From a virus: DNA of 33,879 bases. The notes beneath the pieces are model-generated. The model searched no databases. It had not been told where the DNA came from and worked only from the letters and a program-made list of their open reading frames with translations. A program made the position numbers and the translations under genes. The DNA lies in the IMG/VR virus record IMGVR_UViG_3300033183_000115, positions 1 to 33,879 of that record. One strand, 5' to 3'. Shown here one piece after another: positions 9,076-17,134 of the stretch; within the stretch, counting starts at the first letter, position 1, and every line of letters begins with the position of its first letter.

Positions 9076-9717
9076 TTACTCCACTGATGCGTTTTGCCGT
9101 TGATAGATACTGCTCATTTGCAGCGATCCAGTACCGTAATGCGCGCGCTGCTCATCTCGGCGGATTTCGTCTATAGCCAAATTGAACCGCTGCATATATT
9201 GAGCCGCACGCTGTTCATCTAGCAGGTAAGCATACGCCTCGGCCAACGCACCGTAAAGGTAGGCATCCGGCGAGCGGCTTAGGATGTTGTTTGTTGCGTT
9301 TGTGGCGGACAACGCGTTAATCGTGCCTATATAGACAATCTCCAAAGAATAGGTCGTGTCAGGCACGGGGCGCAGCTTAATCTCATCGCCGATAATGCTG
9401 TAGCCAAGTGGCTTGCCCTGACCGCCAGACGCAAACTTTTCGTCCAATGCGACTGGGCTGTAGTAAGACAGGACAGTCAGCGGTGTGGTGTTTAGCTTCA
9501 CCTCGCGTACCTCACGCAAGTCAGTTGGCAGCGAGAGGTATTCATTGCCGCCAACTGTACTGGCTGTTGCGCGCTTTTCCTGACTGCGTGTCTCAAGCTC
9601 GCGGCTCATGCGCGCCTCAGCCATCGTGATAAAATCAGGGATTTGCGCGGTCAGATCGTCGCGTGCCAAGAAGTTGGCAATCGCCGTCTGCAAATTGGTG
9701 TAGGTATCAATCGCCAT
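9076..9717 (-). CDS. Head-tail adaptor / head-completion protein (213 aa)
   Basis: Track ORF. The N-terminus (LQTAIANFLARDDLTAQIPDFITMAEARMSRELE) is typical of phage adaptor proteins. There is a TAATG overlap at 9717, and the gene lies shortly after the MCP. Confidence 0.6.
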   Translation of the reverse strand: MAIDTYTNLQTAIANFLARDDLTAQIPDFITMAEARMSRELETRSQEKRATASTVGGNEYLSLPTDLREVREVKLNTTPLTVLSYYSPVALDEKFASGGQGKPLGYSIIGDEIKLRPVPDTTYSLEIVYIGTINALSATNATNNILSRSPDAYLYGALAEAYAYLLDEQRAAQYMQRFNLAIDEIRRDEQRAHYGTGSLQMSSIYQRQNASVE

Positions 9718-10040
9718 TAGATATGCCCGCCGCCAGTTCTAAAGTCACGGTTCTGGTGATCGTTCAGCCACGCCTTCCAGCCCTTCGGGTTTTCTTGCGG
9801 TGTGCCAAGCGTCTCAATCAGGTGATTATACACGACGTTGGGGATTTCCGCCACATGCTGCATATGGCGCTGCGTGTTGCCGATTAGGCTTCCCTTTTGG
9901 TAGTCGTTATTCATCTGCCGGTTTAGCTTTACCAGCGTGTCGAAATGCTGCTTCTGCTCAATGACAGTCGTGCCGTCACTGTTCTGGTGCATATACATTT
10001 CTTTGCCCGTCTTCGGGTCTATGTGCAAAACTCGCTTCAT
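9717..10040 (-). CDS. Hypothetical protein (107 aa)
   Basis: Track ORF, first gene after the post-MCP hairpin. Confidence 0.65.
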   Translation of the reverse strand: MKRVLHIDPKTGKEMYMHQNSDGTTVIEQKQHFDTLVKLNRQMNNDYQKGSLIGNTQRHMQHVAEIPNVVYNHLIETLGTPQENPKGWKAWLNDHQNRDFRTGGGHI

Positions 10041-10060
10041 CTCTTACCCCTGAATGGATA

Positions 10061-10084
10061 GAGGGGGCAGTTGCCCGCCCCCTC
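10061..10084 (-). terminator. GC-rich hairpin just downstream of the MCP gene (possible leaky terminator or RNA-stabilising stem)
   Basis: gagggggc-agttgccc-gccccctc forms an 8-bp perfect stem. Only a weak U-tract follows on the minus strand. Confidence 0.4.
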
Positions 10085-10091
10085 CGTGATT

Positions 10092-11042
10092 TTACGAACC
10101 GTTGAGGTCGAAGATGGCAGCGTGTGCCTTTGGCGCGGTTGGCTTGAGCGCCCATTCCACAACGATGTGTGAAGTGGTTGCGTCACCGTCCTTAGCCAAG
10201 TCCTGCTCAAGGAAATTACGACCGTTGAGGGTGCAGATCGAAACGTAGTCAGGGTCGATCAAGAACACCCGGTCGTTTGACAACAAGCGTGACGGCACAG
10301 CTTCAACAGTACCGAAGTCGGTCAGGAAAACACTGGTAGACCCGACGTATGTGACTTCTTTAGCTTTGGTCATGTTGACGTCGTTTGACACCAAGTTGCC
10401 TGACGCTGACAGGTCAGAGAAGTTGGCGCGGTTGGTAGCAGAAGCCACCATCAACCGTGGATTACCGCCGTCTTCCCACGCATCCTGCATGCCGTCTTCA
10501 ATGAGGGCCAGTGTCAATGCGCGAGCCGTACCTGCGGTGATAGTGTCTGTACCGTTACCAGTAGCAAACGCACCTGTGCTGGCGCCGACTGACCCATTGG
10601 TGATCCAGCAAGACAGCGAAGCTGATTTGCGTGGGTCAGAACCGTCACGGGCAACGTCGGTGTCACCGATTGCCTTTTCGATGTCCCGGCGCAGTTCGAG
10701 AGCCTTCAACACCTTCTGGTAGTTGTGTTCCCGTTCACGCCCGGCTGTATCGACGGCGTCCAGAGTACCAGAGGTCGCGAAGACCTTTTTGGAAATCTGG
10801 TGGTAGTTGCCAACGCGGCTGGTAGGCGTGGCCGCAGCAGTTGAGGTGGTGGCACCTTCGTTGTGGTAGTTAGTAGATGACGCAGCGGTCAGCTCCTGTA
10901 CCTGCCACTCGGTAAAGATACCGCGAGAGGTTTCCTTCTTCACATTTGAGAAGATTGGTGTCTCGGCCGGGTCGATCCGGTAAATGATATCCGCGAGCTG
11001 TTCCTTCTCACCAACAGCAGCAGATGTTGCGAATACAGTCAT
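10092..11042 (-). CDS. Major capsid protein (316 aa; SU10/DUF5309-like HK97-fold family, as I recall it)
   Basis: The N-terminus (EKEQLADIIYRIDPAETPIFSNVKK...FTEWQVQEL) matches the hallmark start of that MCP family. The gene directly follows the scaffold gene and is followed by a hairpin. Confidence 0.85.
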   Translation of the reverse strand: MTVFATSAAVGEKEQLADIIYRIDPAETPIFSNVKKETSRGIFTEWQVQELTAASSTNYHNEGATTSTAAATPTSRVGNYHQISKKVFATSGTLDAVDTAGREREHNYQKVLKALELRRDIEKAIGDTDVARDGSDPRKSASLSCWITNGSVGASTGAFATGNGTDTITAGTARALTLALIEDGMQDAWEDGGNPRLMVASATNRANFSDLSASGNLVSNDVNMTKAKEVTYVGSTSVFLTDFGTVEAVPSRLLSNDRVFLIDPDYVSICTLNGRNFLEQDLAKDGDATTSHIVVEWALKPTAPKAHAAIFDLNGS

Positions 11043-11062
11043 TGTATTTCACTCCTTCTGGT

Positions 11063-12082
11063 TCAGGCTTTGTTGCCCATAAGATACTCAACAGCAGCGT
11101 CAATCGTTCCGGCGGCTTCAAACCGCTGGCGCGCTTCACGCTGAGAACGGGTAGCAACTTCGCGCTTGGTCCGTGGGCGTCCTGCCTTTGCCATCTTTGG
11201 CGCCTGACGGGCTTTTTTCTTGGCGTCGGGTTTCTTCGACTGAAGATTGTCCCACTTCCAAGCCTTGTAAAGTAATTCAATCGCGCGAGCGTCAGACGCG
11301 TTTGCGATTTCTTCTTCACTAAAGCCAATGCGGCGCTGTGCGTACTTGATGACCTCCTGACGCTCCGCCTCGCGGACATCGTCATTCGACCATTCAGGTA
11401 TGCGGTTGAGCATGTCGGCACGTTGCGTTTGCAGGTGCTTACGCAATTCCTGCTCCTGCTCGTATGCCCGCTCTTGAGCTACGCGGTACCTTTCGGCTTC
11501 GACCTGCTTCTGCTGTTCCTTGTAGGCATCCCACTCGGTCTTGGCTAGGAACAAGTCACGCTCGCTCATCGTTTCAGACAAGGCTCTCCAGTCAGGTTCT
11601 TGCTCGACTGTCTGCTGGATTTGGGCGCTCAACTGGTCAAGTTGCTGCGCGTAGGCGTCTCGGAGCTGCTTAACCTGTGCCGCCTCTTGTTCAAAGGCTT
11701 TGCGCTGGTTAGCCAATTCCATCGACTTCCTAGTAAATGACTGCTGCCGCTGATAACCGTTTCGCAGCTCGTCTAGGTCTACCTCGATTTCCTCGCCGTC
11801 GATTTTGACTTTGTAGGTCTGTTGAGGCTCCGCGACATCTGCGTCGTCTTCATCATCGTAGTCGTCATCTTCGCCGTCATAAGCATCATCATCCTCGAAG
11901 TCGTCGTCCGGCGCATCTTGTGCGTTATCGGTCTCCGCTTCTGGTGCCTCTGCCTCAGGCTGTTGAGACCGAGCTTCGGTCTCAGGCCGCTCATCTGTAG
12001 CAGTATCCGCTGGGGGATTGCTCAGAAGGCTAATTGCATCATTCATTGAAAGTTCGCCGGTTCCTGATGGATTGTCGGACAT
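11063..12082 (-). CDS. Scaffolding protein (339 aa)
   Basis: Strongly acidic N-terminal third (DDDFEDDDAYDGEDDDYDDEDD), then a long coiled-coil-like Q/E/A/R-rich region. It lies immediately upstream of the MCP. Confidence 0.7.
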   Translation of the reverse strand: MSDNPSGTGELSMNDAISLLSNPPADTATDERPETEARSQQPEAEAPEAETDNAQDAPDDDFEDDDAYDGEDDDYDDEDDADVAEPQQTYKVKIDGEEIEVDLDELRNGYQRQQSFTRKSMELANQRKAFEQEAAQVKQLRDAYAQQLDQLSAQIQQTVEQEPDWRALSETMSERDLFLAKTEWDAYKEQQKQVEAERYRVAQERAYEQEQELRKHLQTQRADMLNRIPEWSNDDVREAERQEVIKYAQRRIGFSEEEIANASDARAIELLYKAWKWDNLQSKKPDAKKKARQAPKMAKAGRPRTKREVATRSQREARQRFEAAGTIDAAVEYLMGNKA

Positions 12083-12090
12083 TTTAATAT

Positions 12091-12378
12091 CTACCTTTTT
12101 CTGTTTAGGGTTGCGCGCATCTTGAAATCATTTAGCTGCGCTTCCGCTAACTTACCATCCTCAACCACGCTTTGAAAATACCCCCTTAACGCGCTAAGAG
12201 ATTGGCATAAATAGTAAACTCGCTCTCTGTTCTCGGCGTCCTTGATGTCGCTAGACTTCCACGCCTCGGTAAACTGTGCGTCGAGATAGTCAAACGCCTC
12301 GACAAATAACTCATTCCGTAGCAGCGCCTCGGCCTTTTCAGCTCTGGCCTGCTTTGCCCTCGCCTTTAATTCGTCCAT
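12091..12378 (-). CDS. Hypothetical helical protein (95 aa)
   Basis: Track ORF lying between the 390-aa protein and the scaffold. Confidence 0.65.
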   Translation of the reverse strand: MDELKARAKQARAEKAEALLRNELFVEAFDYLDAQFTEAWKSSDIKDAENRERVYYLCQSLSALRGYFQSVVEDGKLAEAQLNDFKMRATLNRKR

Positions 12379-12387
12379 AATCTCCCT

Positions 12388-13560
12388 CTACGATAGTAGC
12401 GTGTAGCCCGACAGTTGTGGCGGACGCTTGAAATATTCAGGGTAAGTCGCACCCTGCCGGCGGAAATTAAGGTTTGCCGCTGTGAAATCCTGCGGCGTTC
12501 CAAAGCCTACGCCGTAACGCTGCTGGAAGCCGCCAAGGCCAGTCGGCGCCACGTCAAGCAAGCCCATACGCGCATACGCGCCGGGGGCTGGTGGAACGAC
12601 TGAACCTACGCCACCAGCGCCGGCGCCTGTGTCTAGGCGGCACGCTTGCAAGTCTTCGTCGAAGATGTAGCCTTCCTCGCATTGGCCGGTGACAGGGTCG
12701 ACTGGTTTGATTTCATCACTGTCACTTGACCCACCGCTGTCGCCGACGCCTGTCATTCCTGTGTAAGCGCCTCTGGCTATCAAGTCTTCAACGGTTTTCG
12801 GCGGCCCCAACATCACGTTTGTTAAAGCGTTAATGCCCTGACCAAGTAAACCAAAGCCCGGTGTACCCATTTGGCCGATTGGGCGTCCGGTTGCAAGGTC
12901 AAGCTCATAACCATATGGCTGTGACCCCATCATGCCGGCTATCTTCATGCTCAAGGGCATGCTTGATCTTTGCTCGTCCGTAAGGCCAGCAAGGTTCGTG
13001 GTTATTACTTGACCGCCGGGGCCGACAATCGTTTCAAGTCCAATAGGCAGGCCGGTCACAGGGTCGTACCCACCAGCGTTCAAGTTAACAGGCGGGGTTG
13101 TAATTAACCCCTGCATCCTTGCCCTTTGTTGAGCCGCAAGTGCCTCCCCTGCATATGGCGCTCGTTGCACCCCATAAGTATTGGCAATATTTTGGACAGC
13201 TTGTGCCACAGCAGGTTTTGCGGCTTGAATTGCTTGAGCCTGAATGGCTGCCCTGTTTAAGGCTGCACCATCAACACCAAGGCTGCGAGCAGTAGCAACG
13301 TCAGACAGAATGTCTTTGGTTGCTTGTATTGCAGTAGCTACATTGCTCTCCGATGGATCAAAGCCACCGCTATAATTGAAGTCATCTGCGCTTAACCCAG
13401 CGGCTGCTGCTGCAATATTTTGCTGCACATCTTGGCTTATATCTTCATCAGAAAGACCGGCGTCATCACCGCCACCGGGGTCGCTAGAGCCAAAACAAAA
13501 CATCTGGCGCTGCATAAGCTCGCCATAGTCAACGCCGTTAATTAGATCGCGTATACGCAT
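12388..13560 (-). CDS. Gly/Ala/Gln-rich head-module protein (390 aa); candidate partner or substrate of the adjacent acyltransferase
   Basis: Track ORF. The start is ATG 13560 (23-nt overlap with the acyltransferase gene) or ATG 13515. It contains GLLG/GLLD motifs and a Cys-bounded loop (CEEGYIFDEDLQAC). No known family was recognised. Confidence 0.75.
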   Translation of the reverse strand: MRIRDLINGVDYGELMQRQMFCFGSSDPGGGDDAGLSDEDISQDVQQNIAAAAAGLSADDFNYSGGFDPSESNVATAIQATKDILSDVATARSLGVDGAALNRAAIQAQAIQAAKPAVAQAVQNIANTYGVQRAPYAGEALAAQQRARMQGLITTPPVNLNAGGYDPVTGLPIGLETIVGPGGQVITTNLAGLTDEQRSSMPLSMKIAGMMGSQPYGYELDLATGRPIGQMGTPGFGLLGQGINALTNVMLGPPKTVEDLIARGAYTGMTGVGDSGGSSDSDEIKPVDPVTGQCEEGYIFDEDLQACRLDTGAGAGGVGSVVPPAPGAYARMGLLDVAPTGLGGFQQRYGVGFGTPQDFTAANLNFRRQGATYPEYFKRPPQLSGYTLLS

Positions 13561-13954
13561 AACCAGATCGTCCTTTCAATGATCGCAGCCATTGAGCCTT
13601 TATTTTGTCTCCGTACCGTCTGCCAAGCTCATCCCTGACATACTTAACCCAGCTCGCCTTCAACCCAAACGGTGAAACGATGTCTGGTATAAACAGGTTT
13701 GGGCCAGTGTTCCATTCGTTAGCGCCGATAGAACGCTCGCCCTTCTTCAACTCATCAACCGCCTCATCGCTCACAAAAGCATAAGAGAAAAAGGCAACAG
13801 GCCTATCGTCTTCGCGGATCAAAAAATATTGGTTCCTTTTGATCGGCTGTAAGAAAAACCGTTTTAACGCCACCATTCTCCAATTATTATAATAGTCGAA
13901 AAAGCTGGCTAAATATACCACCTCACTAAAAACGCGATTTACCTGCGATCCCAT
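13538..13954 (-). CDS. HlyC/CyaC-family (RTX toxin-activating) lysine acyltransferase homologue (138 aa)
   Basis: By-eye alignment to recalled HlyC/ApxC sequences covers most of the length. NQYFLIREDDRPVAFFSYAFVSDE matches NQYVLLTRDDYPVAYCSWANLSLE, and EWNTGPNLFIPDIVSPFG matches DWTSGDRKWFIDWIAPFG. The start overlaps the portal stop as TAATG. The gene is AT-rich relative to its neighbours. Confidence 0.65.
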   Translation of the reverse strand: MGSQVNRVFSEVVYLASFFDYYNNWRMVALKRFFLQPIKRNQYFLIREDDRPVAFFSYAFVSDEAVDELKKGERSIGANEWNTGPNLFIPDIVSPFGLKASWVKYVRDELGRRYGDKIKAQWLRSLKGRSGYAYTRSN

Positions 13955-16005
13955 TACTGCGCTCTAGGCAAATTTGTCGATATCTCGGCGTCGGTGACTG
14001 CCTTAGCCACGCGAAGCTCGGCTTCCATTGCCAGCTCCTGCCGGCGGATTTCCATTTCCATCTGCATCTTTTCACGCTCAAGCTGAAGCTCGGCTTGCAT
14101 ACGCTCACGCTTGAGCGCGATTTCGGCTTCAGCTTTCTGCTGTGCGATCTGCATATCCATTTGCGCCTTTTGCTGCGCGGCAGCCACAGCCGGATCAGGC
14201 TGCGGAGGCTGTTGCGCCTGCATAGCCTGCTGCTGCGCGATCATCTGCGGCGCGTTGAAGAACTGGTCCGCATCCTTAAACCCGCCAATCTCAACGATAG
14301 AGCGCAGCGTGTTCACATATTGCGGCATCGTCACGATTGGGTTTTGCGGCCCAAGCTGCATCAGGATTTGCTCCTGCTTCGCCGCAATCTGCGTCAGGAA
14401 CGCGATTTTGGTTTCGTCGTCAGTCGTGCCAAGGCCAACCTGCACGACGGTGTCAAATTCCGACTTCCACTCGGCTGGGTTGATCGGCACAAACTTGTTA
14501 CGCAGGCGCATAATCTGCGGCTTGTTGTCGTGCTTCAGGACAAGCGCCAAGATGCCCTTGAACAAGTCCTTGACGCCGGTCTCGGCCATTGTGCGGGCAT
14601 AGCTTTCCAGCTTCACTTGCGCTCCGCGTACCGTTGCAGCCACAGCCGAAGCTGTCGAAGATTGCAGCGCGTTGGCGTCGAGGCCCTGCGAAGCGGCGCT
14701 CATTCCTGTCCGCTGTTCTTTTACTGTGTCGAGGTAATCCATCAGCGGGCGAATTTCATTGCCAACCGATGCGCCGGCAAGCGGCTGGATCATGCCCGGC
14801 TGCCTTACGCGGATAATCCCGCCAGCCTGCGCGTCCAGCAAGTCGTCCAAATTAACAGCGCCCTCGACGGCAGCGATCCGCGGCAGGGTCGACGAATAGA
14901 CGCTGTCGAGATACTGACGCATCAGCGTAGTCTTGATGACCTGCAAGTCCTCGGTCATGTCGTAGATTGAGCGGCCAACCAAGCGGTGCGGCATCAGGAT
15001 AGGCGACGCAACTGCAAACGGAATGTGGTCCCACGGCTCATTGTGCAGGATGTGCTGGCCTTCCGAGCCAATCGCGCAGATGCGGCGGCGCTCGGCTATG
15101 CCGTCGCCGTCGTAGTCCATTTTGACGATGCACTCGTAATAGATGACGCTACGCATAGTCGGGTCGGACGGGTCAACGCCGGTAGACGCCTCCAAATCCT
15201 GAAAGCGGTTGCTGACTTCCTCATTGACCTTCAGCTCGTCTTCGCCGGCGTATTGCTCAACCTCATCGCGGTCGTAGCCCATAGCCACAAGGTCGCTGAC
15301 GGTCAGGGTGGTGCGGTGCGCCATAAAGTGCGCGTCCTCAAGCGACGTCGCGCGGCGGTTAACCAAAAATTCCTCCGGCGGCACGTTGATGACCTTGATC
15401 TCGCCTTCCTCGCGGGTGACGCGGACGGTCAAGTCGTACTCGGAGCGTAGCGGTATCGTCTCGCCGCTCTCGTCGTCGTAGATGCTTTCCATAACGGTTT
15501 CCATCTGCTCGACGATCTCGACGCTTGGGTCGTTCATCAGCATGACCAGCTCGTCCTCGGACAGGCCGGTATATTCTTCCTCGTCAACTTCCTCGCGCGT
15601 GTCGTAGAAGAACTTAACGACGCCCATACGGAAAAGCAGCGCGTCCTTGAAGAAGGTGTGCAGCAGCTTGTAGCCGTCATTGCGACTGTTGATGATGTAG
15701 TTAACGTAATCAGACGCCTGCTCGGCTGCCTGCTGGTCTTCGCTGGTGCGCGGCGCGAAGCGGACGTATTTGTCGTTGGCGGTGAATACCCGCATCAGGT
15801 TCGGCATGATGGCTTCGACGGTGTCGGCGACTTCGGTGGCGACTACGGCTGACCGGCCCTCAACCTCATTGCCTAGCGGCTCACCCAAATAAAAGTCGAG
15901 AGCGCGCAGACGCTCTTGGGTGTATTCGCTGTCGAAGTGGTTAAGGGCGTCCGTAATCTCGCCCGACACAATCGTGCTTAGTTGCACGTCATCCATTTTT
16001 GCCAT
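13954..16005 (-). CDS. Portal protein (about 683 aa, P22-like with a long C-terminal coiled-coil 'barrel')
   Basis: Large ORF lying between the terminase region and scaffold/MCP. The C-terminal roughly 100 aa are Q/E/A/M-rich and helical (QQKAQMDMQIAQQKAEAEIALKRERMQAELQLEREKMQMEMEIRRQELAMEAEL). I prefer the ATG at 16005 (AAAGGTG upstream) over the GTG at 16017. Confidence 0.85.
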   Translation of the reverse strand: MAKMDDVQLSTIVSGEITDALNHFDSEYTQERLRALDFYLGEPLGNEVEGRSAVVATEVADTVEAIMPNLMRVFTANDKYVRFAPRTSEDQQAAEQASDYVNYIINSRNDGYKLLHTFFKDALLFRMGVVKFFYDTREEVDEEEYTGLSEDELVMLMNDPSVEIVEQMETVMESIYDDESGETIPLRSEYDLTVRVTREEGEIKVINVPPEEFLVNRRATSLEDAHFMAHRTTLTVSDLVAMGYDRDEVEQYAGEDELKVNEEVSNRFQDLEASTGVDPSDPTMRSVIYYECIVKMDYDGDGIAERRRICAIGSEGQHILHNEPWDHIPFAVASPILMPHRLVGRSIYDMTEDLQVIKTTLMRQYLDSVYSSTLPRIAAVEGAVNLDDLLDAQAGGIIRVRQPGMIQPLAGASVGNEIRPLMDYLDTVKEQRTGMSAASQGLDANALQSSTASAVAATVRGAQVKLESYARTMAETGVKDLFKGILALVLKHDNKPQIMRLRNKFVPINPAEWKSEFDTVVQVGLGTTDDETKIAFLTQIAAKQEQILMQLGPQNPIVTMPQYVNTLRSIVEIGGFKDADQFFNAPQMIAQQQAMQAQQPPQPDPAVAAAQQKAQMDMQIAQQKAEAEIALKRERMQAELQLEREKMQMEMEIRRQELAMEAELRVAKAVTDAEISTNLPRAQ

Positions 16006-16144
16006 TTTTTCTAGCACCTTTTGCCGCGCGTTTTGGCGCGGGCTTTGGTTTCGCCGCCTCGACAGTATCGCACACTTCCTTGCTTTGCTCCAGAGGGGGC
16101 TGCGGGCGGCGTATACGGCCCACAGTAGGCCGGCGGATCATCAT
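15989..16144 (-). CDS. Small basic protein (51 aa; MMIRRPTVGRIRRPQPPLEQSKEVCDTVEAAKPKPAPKRAAKGARKNGKNG)
   Basis: Not in the track because it is under 60 aa. Its ATG at 16144 forms an ATGA overlap with the upstream stop, and its 3' end overlaps the portal start. The call is supported only by the coupling pattern and the basic composition. Confidence 0.45.
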   Translation of the reverse strand: MMIRRPTVGRIRRPQPPLEQSKEVCDTVEAAKPKPAPKRAAKGARKNGKNG

Positions 16145-16350
16145 TGCACAGTAACCTTGCGGGTCTTCTTCTTGCCGCCCTTGATCGGTGTGTTGATCTT
16201 TGCGGCGGTCTCAGTGTGACCGTAGCTAGTCTGCACGACCTTAGCGGGGCGTGGATCCAGCACAGTCTCAACGACCGGATTGTTGCCTTGAATACAGCGT
16301 TGCTTTATTTCACAACGGCCACGATACGGGCAATTTTCGCAAACATTCAT
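16141..16350 (-). CDS. Small basic Cys-cluster protein (69 aa; CENCPYRGRCEIKQRC, Lys-rich tail)
   Basis: Track ORF with ATGA overlaps at both ends. Confidence 0.7.
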   Translation of the reverse strand: MNVCENCPYRGRCEIKQRCIQGNNPVVETVLDPRPAKVVQTSYGHTETAAKINTPIKGGKKKTRKVTVQ

Positions 16351-16508
16351 GCTTTTCTCGCTTTCTTCTTTTTGGCGGTTTTGGCCGCCTTCTTAAACGC
16401 GGCAGCGGTTGGCGCACCCTTGTCGCCAGCCTTCCGCATCTTCTCGCCGCTGCCGGCCTTTATGCGGGCGCGTTTTGCGGCGATATTAGCGTATAGTCCT
16501 CTAGGCAT
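16347..16508 (-). CDS. Small Lys/Arg-rich protein (53 aa; [31 protein letters not shown]...KKKKARKA)
   Basis: I trimmed the track ORF 16347..16553 to the ATG at 16508. That gives an 8-nt overlap with the upstream 48-aa ORF. Confidence 0.65.
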   Translation of the reverse strand: MPRGLYANIAAKRARIKAGSGEKMRKAGDKGAPTAAAFKKAAKTAKKKKARKA

Positions 16509-16647
16509 ATTTCTTCCCCTTTTTCTTAGCTTTGCGGGCCGTCGATAGCGCAATAGCCACGGCCTGCTTTTGTGGCTTGCCGGCTTTCATCTCGGTGCGA
16601 ATGTTCTTCGAGATGGTCTTTTTGCTGTAGCCTTTCTTGAGCGGCAT
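16501..16647 (-). CDS. Small Lys-rich protein (48 aa; [48 protein letters not shown])
   Basis: Not in the track because it is under 60 aa. Its ATG at 16647 overlaps the upstream TAA (TAATG). The K.QA.AIALS.AR signature resembles a widespread small-protein family (DUF6496-like, from memory). Confidence 0.6.
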   Translation of the reverse strand: MPLKKGYSKKTISKNIRTEMKAGKPQKQAVAIALSTARKAKKKGKKYA

Positions 16648-16817
16648 TAGCGTTTCCTCGCTTTTTTCTTGGCTGCTTCGGATAGCTGGCTAAAGTGCAT
16701 CACCTTCTTGCTGGCCGGCGACATACGCGCGCCGGTCATTATCGTGCCGTCGGGGTGCTTATGCACGGCGCCGCGATATTTGGTGCCGTCGCGAAAATAG
16801 TGAATACCCGCTGCCAT
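16647..16817 (-). CDS. Small basic protein (56 aa; [42 protein letters not shown]...)
   Basis: I trimmed the track ORF 16647..16871 to the ATG at 16817, which overlaps the upstream TAA (TAATG). Confidence 0.65.
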   Translation of the reverse strand: MAAGIHYFRDGTKYRGAVHKHPDGTIMTGARMSPASKKVMHFSQLSEAAKKKARKR

Positions 16818-17134
16818 TATGATCCCTTCTTCCACTTGGTCGATTTGGACTTCGTCTTGCTCGGCGCCCATTTCGTCTTGGCCGCCCAGTATGCCGCAGA
16901 CATTGGCCCCTTGGCAATGTTCTTGGCGTGGCGGCTTTCAAACGCCTTGCGCTGGCCGACCGTCTGGTTCGTCTTCACGCCCTGCTGACCAAAGCGGATC
17001 GTCTTCACCTGATCGCCTGACTTCGCCACAACCACATGCGACTTGGTCGGGTGGCTCGGTGTGCGCTTCGGCTGATTGTAACCGCTAACGCCGGCGCGTG
17101 ATAGGCGGGGGTCTTTTGGCTTGCGTGGGGGCAT
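16817..17134 (-). CDS. Basic protein (105 aa, roughly one residue in four is K/R; PKRTPSHPTKSHVVVAKSGDQVKTIRFGQQG motif)
   Basis: Track ORF. Its ATG at 17134 overlaps the TAA of the 893-aa gene (TAATG). The motif recalls a viral small-protein family (DUF5872-like, from memory). Confidence 0.75.
   Translation of the reverse strand: MPPRKPKDPRLSRAGVSGYNQPKRTPSHPTKSHVVVAKSGDQVKTIRFGQQGVKTNQTVGQRKAFESRHAKNIAKGPMSAAYWAAKTKWAPSKTKSKSTKWKKGS

Noticed and set aside
11008-11421. 137-aa minus-strand ORF overlapping the scaffold gene 3' end and the MCP start.
   Set aside because: It is an alternative frame inside the scaffold gene. Its basic, Ser/Arg-rich composition is typical of an off-frame translation of an acidic coiled-coil gene, and it has no RBS.
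12388-13560. RTX-type GGxGxDxUx nonapeptide repeats in the 390-aa protein, which would make it a classical RTX substrate.
   Set aside because: The Gly-rich stretches (GGGDDAGLS, GVGDSGGSSDSDE) do not follow the nonapeptide register. Any substrate relationship to the acyltransferase rests only on gene adjacency.
14095-14970. Long antisense ORFs. These include the 291-aa plus-strand ORF here, plus 19966..20580, 22040..22579, 22628..23203, 26423..27034 and 32658..33209 on the plus strand and 29622..30170 on the minus strand.
   Set aside because: Each lies entirely inside a well-supported gene on the opposite strand (portal, terL, nucleases, exonuclease and others). Their translations are Arg/Leu/Ser/Cys-rich low-complexity sequence typical of shadow frames in GC-rich coding DNA. 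They have no RBS and do not fit the overlap-coupling pattern.
16011-16271. 86-aa track ORF overlapping the 69-aa Cys-cluster gene and the portal start.
   Set aside because: It overlaps the coupled 69-aa gene in a different frame and gives a Pro/Arg-rich shadow-like translation. The 51-aa frame with an ATGA overlap fits better.
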